NCBI RefSeq assembly: GCF_001194135.2
Contig: NC_068990.1
Span: forward strand, 17,191,486 to 17,237,441
Reading direction: 5' to 3'
DNA from: Octopus bimaculoides
Taxonomy: Eukaryota
DNA: 45,956 bases
Translations under genes and position numbers: made by a program
Shown: positions 11,731 to 24,280 of the stretch, piece after piece
How positions within the stretch are numbered: the first letter of the stretch is position 1
Layout of the letters: each line of letters begins with the position of its first letter
Notes under the pieces: model-generated
What the model was told of the DNA's origin: nothing
Database searches by the model: none
What the model saw: the letters and a program-made list of their open reading frames with translations, nothing else

Positions 11731-12291
11731 GGTGGTGGTGGAGGCGGAGGCNNNNNNNNNNNNNNNNNNNNNNNNNNNNNNNNNNNNNNNNNNNNNNNNN
11801 NNNNNNNNNNNNNNNNNNNNNNNNNNNNNNNNNNNNNNNNNNNNNNNNNNNNNNNNNNNNNNNNNNNNNNNNNNNNNNNNNNNNNNNNNNNNNNNNNNNN
11901 NNNNNNNNNNNNNNNNNNNNNNNNNNNNNNNNNNNNNNNNNNNNNNNNNNNNNNNNNNNNNNNNNNNNNNNNNNNNNNNNNNNNNNNNNNNNNNNNNNNN
12001 NNNNNNNNNNNNNNNNNNNNNNNNNNNNNNNNNNNNNNNNNNNNNNNNNNNNNNNNNNNNNNNNNNNNNNNNNNNNNNNNNNNNNNNNNNNNNNNNNNNN
12101 NNNNNNNNNNNNNNNNNNNNNNNNNNNNNNNNNNNNNNNNNNNNNNNNNNNNNNNNNNNNGAAGAAGAAGAAGAAGAAGAAGAAGAAGAAGAAGAAGAAG
12201 AAGAAGAAGAAGAAGAAGAAGAAGAATAGTAATAATAATAATAATGATGATGATGATGATGATGATGATGATAATGATAATAATAATAATG

Positions 12292-12340
<49 letters not shown>
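11697..12340. repeat. Trinucleotide series (GAT)(GGT)-gap-(GAA)(AAT)(GAT)(AAT)
   Basis: Directly visible. (GATA)n tracts at 11260-11305 and 15545-15655. Confidence 0.95.
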
Positions 12341-12342
<2 letters not shown>

Positions 12343-13334
12343 CCAAGGAGTATATATACCGTGTGTCATCTCCTTCGGCGTTCATTTTTTAAAAAATATT
12401 TTTTGGAGCAGAACTATTTTGCTATGTCTACGTATTGTAATTCTTGGTGTATCTTTGAAAATAACAGAGTCTCCAGTGGAGTTATTATACATCTGGGATC
12501 GTTTGTTCTCGCTGAATTAGTGGTGGTAAAGGGCTGCGGAATACAAAGGACTTTTGATGAAATTCCCACTAAAAAAACTGAAAAAGGAAACGACATTCCG
12601 AAAAAAAGAAAAAGAAAAGAGTATTTTCACATTCCAGATTCTTCTATTGAGATTTTGTTTTTCTTCTTTAACCTTCTTCTCTGTTCATATAAAGTTGGCA
12701 GGATGTACTACTAAATTTCGGGTCAATTTCTACAATTAATGCCTTGCACAGTACATCCCTGATCCATTCATCGCTGATCCGGATAACACGGTACGCTCAA
12801 TAGTGAACCACGTTACATTCATCACGAACTAATCTTTAATAACACGGGTCGGCGATGATATTTTCCAGTTACTTTTTTTTTTTAACATAATTTACTGTTC
12901 ATATGTTATTAAATTTACTCAGAATATTATTCCGGCCATTAAACAATGTCATTATATGTATTTAAAATTTATTTAGAGATGTTACTGGGTTAAATCAGAG
13001 AACAACTTGGCGTCTCGGAACGAAACCTATTTTTTTCCATGTTTTCTCTTATTCATTTATCAATGACTCATTCAATACGGTGGTGTTCTGCCTCCCCCCG
13101 TGATAAACGAGGTTAGATGCATTTCGTTACAACTTTGTACCGTCTATTTCCAAATCCCAACGAATATAACTTTGTTTTTCTTTCCCACGAACTCTTTAAA
13201 ATACAGACCCACCATTTGTAAAAATTAGATTGACTTGAAGCCTTTATTATCGTCTTTTATCAAAGTCAAGATCGGTAAAGGTATTTTCTTTGGTTCTCCA
13301 TCCATTCTATCAATCTACAGTTTTACGCTGCCTC

Positions 13335-13560
13335 ATCATAATCTTATAATTACAGTAGATCCAATACGACACGCCAATTTCGCTGCTACAACCCGTCTTT
13401 CGTTAAAACCTATTGCGGTGGGGTGGGGAACGGCAACGCCTTTCTCTCCACTCTAGTCCTTCTCTTCAAATGATACATGAAGAAGTTGATCAGAATGGAA
13501 AAGCGTTGTCCTCAAATCGTTTACCTGTGTCCACGATCTGGGTCGACCAAAAGGAAATGT
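13335..13560 (-). mobile_element. Tx1/L1-clade-like ORF2 3' end (second copy)
   Basis: LINFFMYHLKRRTRVERKAL...FNERRVVAAKLACRIGSTVIIRL*, homologous to the fragment at 1-250. Confidence 0.5.
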
Positions 13561-14444
13561 AAACCTTTTGTCGCTCAGACCGAAGACGAACAGATGCGTT
13601 TCGGAAGTTCTGGTCGCGCTGATGGCTCCTCACCCCTAGATATCGCGATCTGAAATCGTTGAGCAGATAACTCTGCTTCCAAAAGGACTCTAGACCACAT
13701 GCGTTTACACAGTTTTTTTCTCTTTTTTTGTGTGTGTCTCACCATATGTTATATTCTGTACTTTGTGTTTCGTTGTACATTGATACTAGCACGTATTTCA
13801 CGTGTATTTTCGTCACATGTGTGTCACAAGCATGTGCCTATATGGATGTGGCAGACACTGCCTTGCAGTGTGCCTAAAGTAAACAAATGAAAATTGATTA
13901 TTATGTATGTTGTAACACTCATCTTGTTTCAGATAAGCAGAGCGATATTAAGACAGGATTATAAGCTTCCAGATTTCTGGTTCTTTTGTTAATTTCTAAT
14001 TCAAATATTTAAGAGTCATTTTCCTTTAGCTAGGAATATTTACACTATCGTAAATATTTACTTCTATCGATATTGATTCTAATAATGATAGAAACCCGCA
14101 GTTCTGTATATATTTACATAAATTAATGTTCCAGAGGCACCAGAATCTCACCCGAATTTAATCAATTTATTGATTAAATTTAATCAAATGTAATATTTAT
14201 TTCCGACTTCTTGATAAAATTTTTAAAAAGATTCAGAATAAACTTCATTTCATTCATTTGATCCATGTGTGTATGTGTGTGTATGTGCCGGGCGAAATGC
14301 TTGGCGGTATTTCGTCTGTCTTTATGTTCTGAGTTCAAATTCCGCCGATGTCGATTTTGCTTTCATCCTTTCAGGGTCGATAAATTAAGTACCAGTTGCG
14401 TATTGGTGTCGATCTAATCGACTGGCCCACTTCCCAAAACTCTC

Positions 14445-15105
14445 TATCACTCTTGATACATGTTTTGGAGACACGGCAAGCTAACGGTTGTTCTGTGTGT
14501 TCACCATGTGATCCCGGCAGAAATTTTTCTCGTCTGAGAAAACCAAAGCATGTTCGGTTGGAGTGGATGCTTGAGTTTGATCAAAAGCTTCGTAGCGCTA
14601 TCTTTCCTCTTGTCTTTGATGGTTTGGGGTAAAAATTGGCCCTTTCTCATCTTGTATGAGGAATACTGAATGTCTTCATGTATTACCTACCTGATAAGGA
14701 CTCAGACACTCCCATGTCTCTGGCAGAGGACCTGATTGACTTGGAGGGATCGTTGTCAATCATGGCCTGGATTTCAGCAAGAAACTCATGAGTTCTTTTC
14801 TTATCAGAACGATCCGAGTGAGTTTTCAGAGCTGCCGTACCGTCGTAATCCCCATTAGACTCATCCAGCTCTTTCCGAGTCCTCTGCACTGTTCTGAGAT
14901 TGACACCTAGACTCTCAAATGTTCGTATTGGAGCTTCGGGTGTGAATGCCAAGCAGTACAGCGTGTCGTTTCCAAATTTCTGGCAGAGTGAATCGCATCA
15001 TGGTGCTGTTTTCCTCACAGACGGTGCGCAACTGACCCTCCCATACCGTGTAGTCGACAAACTCAAAAACTGACAATGTAATCATTTACCTATCCCACCC
15101 TACAC
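14445..15105 (-). mobile_element. maT (DD37D-type) transposon, 5' half relic
   Basis: ATG near 15001 (MMRFTLPEIWKRHAVLLGI), then VNLRTVQRTRKEL...IQAMIDNDPSKSIRS...DMGVSE, then LKHPLQPNMLWF/FSDEKNFCRDHMVNTQNNR*LAV containing the first catalytic D. Frameshifted and truncated. Confidence 0.8.
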
Positions 15106-15117
15106 ACACACACACAT

Positions 15118-15544
15118 ACGACGAGCTTCTTTGAGTTTCTGCCCAGCAAATCCACTCGCAAGGCTTTGGTCGGCTCGAGGCTATAGCAGAAGACACTTGC
15201 CCAAGGTGTCACGCAGTGAACCCGGAATCATATGGTTGGGAAGCAAGCTTCCTATCACACACACACGCGCCTACGCCTAGCTTCTTACCAGACAGTCACG
15301 CTTGCCCCCATTATAATAAATATACGCAATTATGTTCGCGTCTGTTCCTCATGTATGCATAACACGCTGTCCAGTTTACACCAAACGATGACAGCATACT
15401 CAGAATATCTTCACACAAAGCTTGGTTCTTATTCCATCGATCTCCTTTGTCGAATCGGTAGATTTCGAGCATGTAAACGAACCAACACCGGTTGTCACGC
15501 GGGGGTGGAGGACAAACGAACACGAACACAGGCAGCCAGAGTGT

Positions 15545-15587
<43 letters not shown>

Positions 15588-15593
15588 GTAGGT

Positions 15594-15641
<48 letters not shown>

Positions 15642-15820
15642 GACAGATACATAGATAGGGCGGGTTGCTTTCAGCTTCTGTCCACCAAACCCACACAGAA
15701 AGCTTTGGTCGGCGCAAGGCTATAGGAATAAGATACTTGACCAAGGTGCCACGTAGTGGAAGTGAACCCAGAACCATGTGGTTGGGAAGCTAACTACTCA
15801 CCACACAGCGACACCTGCTC
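15118..15820 (-). mobile_element. SINE family A (tRNA-like head...CCTTGGGCAAGTGTCTTC...GGAAACTGAAAGAAGCC), two copies at 15118-15270 and 15658-15820
   Basis: Other copies at about 9340-9420, 18865-19025, 23700-23870, 29745-29850, 30765-30910, 34950-35332, 40200-40370, 41755-42090, 42362-42885 and 45007-45180. The separate 3' module (ACATCCC..TAACTTAGCGGTTC..ATAAGTAC..CAGCATGGCC) occurs at 19090-19290, 27000-27200 and 42710-42885. Confidence 0.85.
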
Positions 15821-16437
15821 TTAAAATAAATTTTTTCGGCTTAAAACGATTTTCCTACTGGAAACCCCAAATTTCTTCGGTAACCTTCACTCACACACAT
15901 TGCACCTTGGAATGGGGGAGAATAAAAAGACGGTAGGATGAAGGCAATATTTTACATCAATATCATGAAAATAGCGATATTAATGTAAGAGCAGAGCACT
16001 CTGCAATAAACATTCATAATTACTTCCCTTACTACTGAAGTGTATTGAAGATATGATAAAAATTATTTTTTATCCTGCAGAGGCCGCCTAAGCTTTCGTG
16101 TCCTTTATTGATGTACATATCTTTCTATGGAAAAATTTTCTTTGTATTGTAGAGGCAGGATGTTTTCACTCAAGCTTTATTACAAAACTTCAACTCATTT
16201 TGCAGTTTGATATCATACTGCTCGTAATACCTTTTGTGTATTTTCTTGATTTTTCTGGTGGATTTTTTAAAAATCGTAACTCTTTCGTTGAAGATTGTAT
16301 AAAGTATAGTGGGTACTTTCTTTTGAACCAACTTTCACTATTCTTTCAATTCTGTCTTGACAATGGTGTTACTCCAGAGCAATTCAAAACAGTGTGAATA
16401 AATAAGTATTACAATTGGCAGAGTAATCATCATCGTC

Positions 16438-16730
16438 GTCGTCGTCATCATTTAATGTCTGCTTTCTATGCTGGCATGGATTGGACGGTTTGACTGAGGA
16501 CTGGCAAGCCAGAAAGCTGCACCAGGCTCCAATCCAATCTGGCAAAGTTTCTACAGNNNNNNNNNNGCCAGAAAGCTGCACCAGGCTCCAATCCAATCTG
16601 GCAAAGTTTCTACAGCTGGATGCCCTTCCTAACACCAACCACTCAGTGTAGTGGATGCTTTTTACGTGCCACCGGCATAAGGGCCAGTCAGGTGGTACTG
16701 GCATTGGCCACGCACAAATGGTGCTTCGAG
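16438..16730 (-). mobile_element. RTE-type 3' tail repeat ending in (GAT)n (TTAGGAAGGGCATCCAGCTGTAGAAAC...CCATGCCAGCATGGAAA..GACGTTAAA)
   Basis: Recurs at about 19355-19500, 22815-23100, 25170-25400, 25690-25895, 26341-26526, 32115-32245, 33405-33690, 36388-36510 and 40420-40680. Confidence 0.8.
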
Positions 16731-16844
16731 CATGGTCGATCTGAATGCTAAAGGGTTAACAGACATGTGATGTTTACGGAAATAAAATGGGTATATGAGG
16801 GATCAATTGTAGTAAGAGAGGAGACAGTGTTGGTATGTGTAAAG

Positions 16845-17166
16845 CAGGGGTTCCCAACCTTATTTTGCTTGTGGACCCCTGAGAGCTATCTTATCATCTG
16901 TGGACCCCATATATACACATGTAGATTTTTGAAATAAAATATTTGTTTGTAGGCTAGTAAAAACTAACAATGAAACAATTTCGTTATATTCATAACAAAT
17001 TCCAAATACAAATCATGAAAGAAATTTCAATAAATAGAGGGGTACGTCTCCTAGGAAGCAAAATTTATATATGAACCCACAAATTACAATTTTTTTTACT
17101 TGTGGACCCCCTTAAAGCTTCTGTGGACTGCCGGGGGTCCATGTGGACCCTGGTCGGGAACCCCTG
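16845..17166. mobile_element. hAT (Charlie/Buster-like) MITE inserted in an RTE 3' relic
   Basis: TIRs CAGGGGTTCCCAACC...GGTCGGGAACCCCTG. 8-bp TSD gtgtaaag/gtgtagag (7/8 match, central TA). Confidence 0.85.
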
Positions 17167-18436
17167 GTGTAGAGGATGAAAACTGGTTAAACAAACGTCA
17201 AGTAATCAAAGCTGAAGATTCAAAAGAAGACAAAGCAAGACATAGAACAGAAAGATGTGGTAAAAATAGATTTCAGGATATGAGGAGATGATGAATGACT
17301 GCAACAGGAGAAGACTTGTCCTGCCTGTTGTAGCATGGGAAAATGGGTGTAAAATGGTGTTAACAATGATAATAATTATGATCCTGAACCTATTCATTTA
17401 ATCATTCTATGTGGTTGAGTGGAGATGCATGGTTTAGTGGTTAGGGTGTTGGACTCGGTTCCTGGACTGGGTGATGCATTGCATGCTTGAGCAAAAGACT
17501 TCATTTCATGTTGCTCCAGTCCAGTCAAGGAGAAAATGAGTATCCCATCCAGAAAGGAATATATACCCCAGAGAAACCAGGAAACAGGCCCTAAGCTCCT
17601 TATGGAGTAATGCAGACTAACATGTGGCTGAGTATTCCACGGGTACCAGTACTCTTAATGTAATCCTCAAAACCAGAGTAACAAGGCTGGACTTCTGTCC
17701 ATCATCTATATTTCTGTGCACTTTCCATCACTTCCTACTCAAACTCTCAAAGGCTTCGGTCCTACTAGAGCCTGTGAGAGAAGAAACTTGCTCAAGGGTA
17801 TTGTAAAATAAGATTTAATCCAGGGACCTTGTGACTGCAAAACAAACTTCTTAAAAACACGGCCATGCTTGAGCACATACAGATACACACAAATACACAA
17901 AGAAATGATGAACCACATCAGCTTAATTAAATAGTAATCAAACTTTAATTACTTTGTTTCCACTGGCTTTTTTAAAAAGAAAAAAATGGGGAAAAAGCTG
18001 TTTCTTTTAGCTTCTGAAGGAGATGGGGTAGGGAGACTCCTGTTTGTTTGTTTTTTGTTCTTTTTTTATGTTTTTTTTTTTACATTGAAGTTTTTGCAAA
18101 TTTCAGTGGAATAAGCAAACAGAATGGTCAAGCAAAAGAGTTTAGTCTATCATTTTTGAACAAGATTTGAGATACTTGTATGTGGGCAGATGTAAGGATG
18201 TAGAGGAAGGTGAGAGGTGGGGTTGCCAGGGAAACCATAAGGTTTACATAGAAAATAGAACAAACAAAAAAAAAAAAACGGAGAGAATTATCACTGAATG
18301 CAAGGCCACAAAATTTTGGAGGGGAGTGGGGGGGCACTTGAGCAGGGAGGGTCAGAAGGAGAGGGAAAAGAGGGAGCAAAGTGTAGGAAAGGGTCTTCAC
18401 ATTGACATTACCATAAAGCATATAGCAGAAAAGACT

Positions 18437-18467
<31 letters not shown>

Positions 18468-19053
18468 CCATACACAAATACACACACATATCCATGTACA
18501 TATGCATACACACACACACATGCACACGCGCACGCGTGCACACACACACAGAAAAATATAGATAAAAACAGTTGTTGATTGAAATTTTGGACTGGAATCA
18601 GAATTGATCCTGCAACCCAACACACACTGCCTAACCCACCCACACACACTATCCCCACCACCACCACCACCACCTTGAAAATATAGATTGGCAATAAATT
18701 TTATTGAACACTATGAAAAAAAAAAAGAACCTTATTAATTGTTCAAATAGTAGCAACTTTTTGTTCTGGTGGAGGAGGGATGGGACAGGATGGGTTGTGA
18801 GGAGAACTATAAATTGCTCGCAGCAATGTTTTGTACAGGGCTGGCTTAAAGTCATGCTATCATTTAATGGTTAGGTGGTTAAGAACTGGGCTTTGCAACC
18901 ATGTGATCTTGGGTTCAGTCCCACTACACAGCACCTTGGGCAAGGGCAAGTGTCCTCTATGATAGATTCCTGGGCCAATTAATGCCTTGTAAGTGAATCG
19001 GGGAGACAGAAACTGTAGAACTTTGTGATATATATGTGTGTGTGTGTGTGAGA

Positions 19054-19095
<42 letters not shown>

Positions 19096-19324
19096 TTTTA
19101 CCTGTCTCAGTTATTTGACTGCAGCCACGCTGGAGCACCGCCTTTAGTCGAACAAATCAACCCCAGGACTTATTCTTTGTAAGCTTAGTATTTATTTTAT
19201 CGGTCTCTATTGCTGATCCACTAAGTTATGAGGATGTAAACACACCAACATCAGTTGTCAAGTGATGGTAGGGAGACAAACAGAGATGCACAAATACATA
19301 CATATACACATACTTACACACACA

Positions 19325-19358
<34 letters not shown>

Positions 19359-20929
19359 GTTTAACATCCGCTTTCCATGCTAGCATGGGTTGGACGATTT
19401 GACTGAGGACTGGTGAAACCGGATGGCAACACCAGGCTCCAATCTAAATTTGACAGAGTTTTTACAGCTGGATGCCCTTCCTAACGCAAACCACTCAGAG
19501 AGTGACATCGCTCGGTCGTGCATGCACAATTGCCAGCATCGTCAAATTTGCAAACTGAAATATCATACTGATGAGGAAATGGAAAGTTTTCACTTTTCTA
19601 AGCCAGAAACGTGTCTATGTTTAACTAAGACTGGTTAGTTTCGTTATTTTTCTTCTTCTTTTGCCTTTGTGAGTTACAAGTATTGCTATCTGTTGGAGTT
19701 TCAGCACTTTAGCTGCTATTTCTGAACTTCGGTATGTGGTGAAGCAACTGTTGCTGATCCCTTAATTATGTTTATANNNNNNNNNNNNNNNNNNNNNNNN
19801 NNNNNNNNNNNNNNNNNNNNNNNNNNNNNNNNNNNNNNNNNNNNNNNNNNNNNNNNNNNNNNNNNNNNNNNNNNNNNNNNNNNNNNNNNNNNNNNNNNNN
19901 NNNNNNNNNNNNNNNNNNNNNNNNNNNNNNNNNNNNNNNNNNNNNNNNNNNNNNNNNNNNNNNNNNNNNNNNNNNNNNNNNNNNNNNNNNNNNNNNNNNN
20001 NNNNNNNNNNNNNNNNNNNNNNNNNNNNNNNNNNNNNNNNNNNNNNNNNNNNNNNNNNNNNNNNNNNNNNNNNNNNNNNNNNNNNNNNNNNNNNNNNNNN
20101 NNNNNNNNNNNNNNNNNNNNNNNNNNNNNNNNNNNNNNNNNNNNNNNNNNNNNNNNNNNNNNNNNNNNNNNNNNNNNNNNNNNNNNNNNNNNNNNNNNNN
20201 NNNNNNNNNNNNNNNNNNNNNNNNNNNNNNNNNNNNNNNNNNNNNNNNNNNNNNNNNNNNNNNNNNNNNNNNNNNNNNNNNNNNNNNNNNNNNNNNNNNN
20301 NNNNNNNNNNNNNNNNNNNNNNNNNNNNNNNNNNNNNNNNNNNNNNNNNNNNNNNNNNNNNNNNNNNNNNNNNNNNNNNNNNNNNNNNNNNNNNNNNNNN
20401 NNNNNNNNNNNNNNNNNNNNNNNNNNNNNNNNNNNNNNNNNNNNNNNNNNNNNNNNNNNNNNNNNNNNNNNNNNNNNNNNNNNNNNNNNNNNNNNNNNNN
20501 NNNNNNNNNNNNNNNNNNNNNNNNNNNNNNNNNNNNNNNNNNNNNNNNNNNNNNNNNNNNNNNNNNNNNNNNNNNNNNNNNNNNNNNNNNNNNNNNNNNN
20601 NNNNNNNNNNNNNNNNNNNNNNNNNNNNNNNNNNNNNNNNNNNNNNNNNNNNNNNNNNNNNNNNNNNNNNNNNNNNNNNNNNNNNNNNNNNNNNNNNNNN
20701 NNNNNNNNNNNNNNNNNNNNNNNNNNNNNNNNNNNNNNNNNNNNNNNNNNNNNNNNNNNNNNNNNNNNNNNNNCCCCAGTGTTTTACTGGTACTTGTTTT
20801 ATTGACCTCGAAAGGATGAAAGGCAAAGTTGACCTCAGCAGAATTTGAACTCAGAACATAGCAACGGGCGAAATACCACTAAGCATTTTGTCCAGCACAC
20901 TAATGATTCTGCCAGCTCGCCACCTTAAC

Positions 20930-20987
<58 letters not shown>

Positions 20988-21424
20988 CCTTTCTATTATA
21001 GGCACAAGGCCTGAAATTTGGGGGAAGGTGGTTAGTCAATTATAAAAACCCCAGTATTTCACTGGTACTCAATTTATTGACCCTGAAAGGATGAAAGGAA
21101 AGGTCGACCTCGGCTGAATTTGAACTCAGAATGTAGTGATGAGCGAAATACCGCTAAACATTTCGTCCAGCACGCTAATGATTCTGCCAGCTCGCCACCT
21201 TAATAATAATAATAATTATTATTATTTTTATTATTATTTCTAATACAAGCATAAGCCCTGATGTTTAGGGTGAGATGGTTAGTCAATTAAATTGACCCCG
21301 GTACTTCACTGCCACAGTATTTTATCGAGCCCAGAAGGATGAAAGGCAAAGTCTACCTTGGCATAAAGAGCCATATTTACATACCACAAGGCATTTTCTC
21401 TAACACATTTACAATTCTGCCAAT

Positions 21425-21428
21425 CCAC

Positions 21429-21466
<38 letters not shown>

Positions 21467-21788
21467 TAATAATAAATAATGATGTGGAGGAGGAGGATGA
21501 CAATGATGATAATGATGATAATAAAAATGATAATAATAATAATAATTTTTTATGTTTTCTTTATAATAATAAATAATATAACATAAATAATAAAAATGTT
21601 AACAAATATTTTGCCATAAATAACAATAATGTTAATTTATAATAACAACAACAACAACAACAACAATAATAATAATAATAATAATAATAATAAGCATGAT
21701 CAGTAAACAAGTGTCACCTTAGTCTGCTGACTGTGGACAGCTGACACTTTTCATAATACCTAGCAAAATAAAGCTGCAATTTTTCATG

Positions 21789-21887
<99 letters not shown>

Positions 21888-21965
21888 TAATAAAAAAAAT
21901 GATAATAATAATAATAATGATAATAATAATAATAATAATGATGATAATAATAATAATAATAATAT
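21425..21965. repeat. (AAT)n-dominated microsatellite block immediately downstream of the VTA1 stop
   Basis: Directly visible; begins about 50 nt after the stop on the minus strand. Confidence 0.95.
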
Positions 21966-22016
21966 ATTGTTGTTGTCATTGTTATCTTGAGTATGATCAT
22001 AAAATTTTGGACAGGG

Positions 22017-22168
22017 TTAAGGTTGTTGTTGTCCAGTGGTCAACAAAGTTAAAGCTTTCTGGAGATTCTCAATAGCTGTCTTAGAATCTTCATATTGTAG
22101 AGCACTGCTAGCAAACTTGCATAGTTTCATGGCTTTTTGGTAATCTTGGGTGGTAAGAGTCACACCAG
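22017..22168 (-). CDS. VTA1: VTA1 terminal coding exon: (A)GVTLTTQDYQKAMKLCKFASSALQYEDSKTAIENLQKALTLLTTGQQQP*
   Basis: Acceptor ccccatatttcag|CT and TAA stop at 22019-22017. Resembles the human C-terminus AQKYCKYAGSALQYEDVSTAVQNLQKALKLLTTG. Confidence 0.96.
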
Positions 22169-22570
22169 CTGAAATATGGGGAAAAAAAAACCCATTAATA
22201 ATATGTGATAAAAGGGACAACAACAAAAAAACAAAAGAAAGACATTGTTGATTGTTGATTTCACCACATTTCAGGCTGAGTACACTCCAGCCATCTTCAT
22301 ATGGACATAGCATAGCAGATAAAGGCATTGGTTAATGCAGTGCAGTAACCTAAAGGTTATGAGTTCAATCTCATACAAAGCACTGAGGTGAATCACAACA
22401 TACCTGAAGAAGGCTGGAGTGTACACGACTGAAACGTCGTGAAAGTAACAATCAACATGAGGACACCAGTTCAAATGATGTAAACAGCGTTGTACATAAA
22501 ATAAATTCCTCATCTCAGAAATATAGAATTGCATAAAAAAAAGAAAGATAACTGGATACACAAACATGAA

Positions 22571-22790
22571 TATGAGGGGGTGTTGAAAAGTTCCTGGTTT
22601 GGGGTAAAAGAGAATACAGGAGAATCAGTTAATTATGATTTTCTTCAACATATTCCCTTCTCAGATTCACACACTTATTGCAGCAGCCCTTCAGTTTTTC
22701 TAAGCCCTGTAAAAGAACTTGGAAGATTGGGCCTCCAACCAGGCCTTTCAGGATACTCTTAAAGCCAAGAACTTTCAGCACCCACTCATA
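22571..22790. mobile_element. Mariner-derived MITE
   Basis: TA flanks and TIRs TGAGGGGGTGTTGAAAAGTTCCTGG...CCAAGAACTTTCAGCACCCACTCA. Second copy at 38856-39070. Confidence 0.85.
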
Positions 22791-23885
22791 AGTACATTAT
22801 CAAACAACATCATCTGTTAACCTTTGTCTTTCATGCTGATATGGAGTGGATGATTTCACAGGATCTGATGAGTTGATGAACTGCATCATGCTCCAGTGTC
22901 TGTGTTGGCATGGCTTCTACAGCTGGATGCCCTTCATAATGCCACTTTACAGCATGTACTGAATGCTTTTTTTCATGAAACCAGCACTAATGAGGTCACC
23001 ATGCTTCACGCAAGACTTAAGATTTCCATCGGCTGGGTGGGGCTACAGTAGATATGGAAACAGCTTTACATGAAGAGGCTGGAACAGGTTTTGTGCTGTA
23101 GAAGAGATATATGGCTACCTCACATTAAACAACAGTGGGTGAGAGTAATCAGGGGGGGGGGGCTGGAAAGAGAGACAAAGATGCTGATGTCAAGATATCA
23201 GGATGGGCCAAAGGAGCAAAAGACCAAGATTGGGTGGGTAGACATTGCAAGGGTGTATGGCAAGAATGATTTAAAATCAAGAATGATTTACAAGTGTGTT
23301 ATGGGTGCAAGAAACAGCAGCCAAATCTCTTTTTTAAAATATAATAACGGCTTTCATATTTTGAAAAAATTTCAAAAATATCTTCATTTAAAAAAAAAAC
23401 AATGCTTCGATAACATTTTGTCCGTTCTACACAGAGACATACACACAAACATATATCCATGAGGTTATTCTATATATTAAACTGTGGATGGTTTGAGCCA
23501 GACAGAATTCACTGGAGGAGATTTCAACAGCTGGATGCCCTTCCTGTCACCAACCCTCACCTGTTTTCAAGCAAGGTAATATTTCCCCTACAGTCTGATA
23601 AGATTTCATGGGAGACTGCAAACAATGAATAGCTTGTGTGATGATGGTACTTGTTTATAACTATCAGGCAATGTGGAGACAAGGAGACAGAAACACACGT
23701 GCACACGCACACACAGCAGGCTTCTTTTCAGTTTGCACCTGCCAAATTCACAGAGCTTTGGTCAGCTTGGGGCTACAGTAATAGATACCTGCCCAAGCTG
23801 TGGTGCAGTGAGACTGAAGCCAAGGCCACATGGCTGCAAAACCAAACTTCTTAATCACACAGCTGTGCCTGGAAAAAACTCTTAC

Positions 23886-24164
23886 CTGGATTTTCTGGTG
23901 GTTTCCATGGGGTATACATCGATGATCCACCTGCAGTGGAAACAGCATTGTTGCCATAGATACTGTCTTGTGGAGTAGTCGGTGGGGCCATTGAACCTGA
24001 TGGAGGTTTCTGCAACCTGTCTGGTTGCTGGTTGGGGGAGGGCCCATTTGCACTTAAACCCATATCAGGGTAAGTAGTAGCAGCATTCTGATTCATTCCA
24101 CTTGGACCTGGTTCATTAATGTTACTAAATACAACAGGTTCTGAGTTAATGTTATCCTCCTCTT
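23886..24164 (-). CDS. VTA1: VTA1 coding exon (P/S/G-rich linker), 279 nt: EEEDNINSEPVVFSN...YTPWKPPENP
   Basis: Acceptor ctggttttcag|AAGAG and donor CCAG|gtaaga; phase 1 at both ends, joining the flanking exons in frame. Low-complexity linker expected between the MIT and VSL domains. Confidence 0.88.
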
Positions 24165-24280
24165 CTGAAAACCAGAGAAAGAAAACAATTTTCAGAAAAC
24201 TTCCTTTCATAGAAATACAAATTAATCACAAATAATACCATTAACCCAATCAGTTTTGATGAAATTAATTTACTGAATGT

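Noticed and set aside
16508-16615. Exact 49-bp direct repeat
   Set aside because: The two copies flank a 10-N gap (16557-16566), typical of unmerged overlapping contig ends; an assembly artefact.
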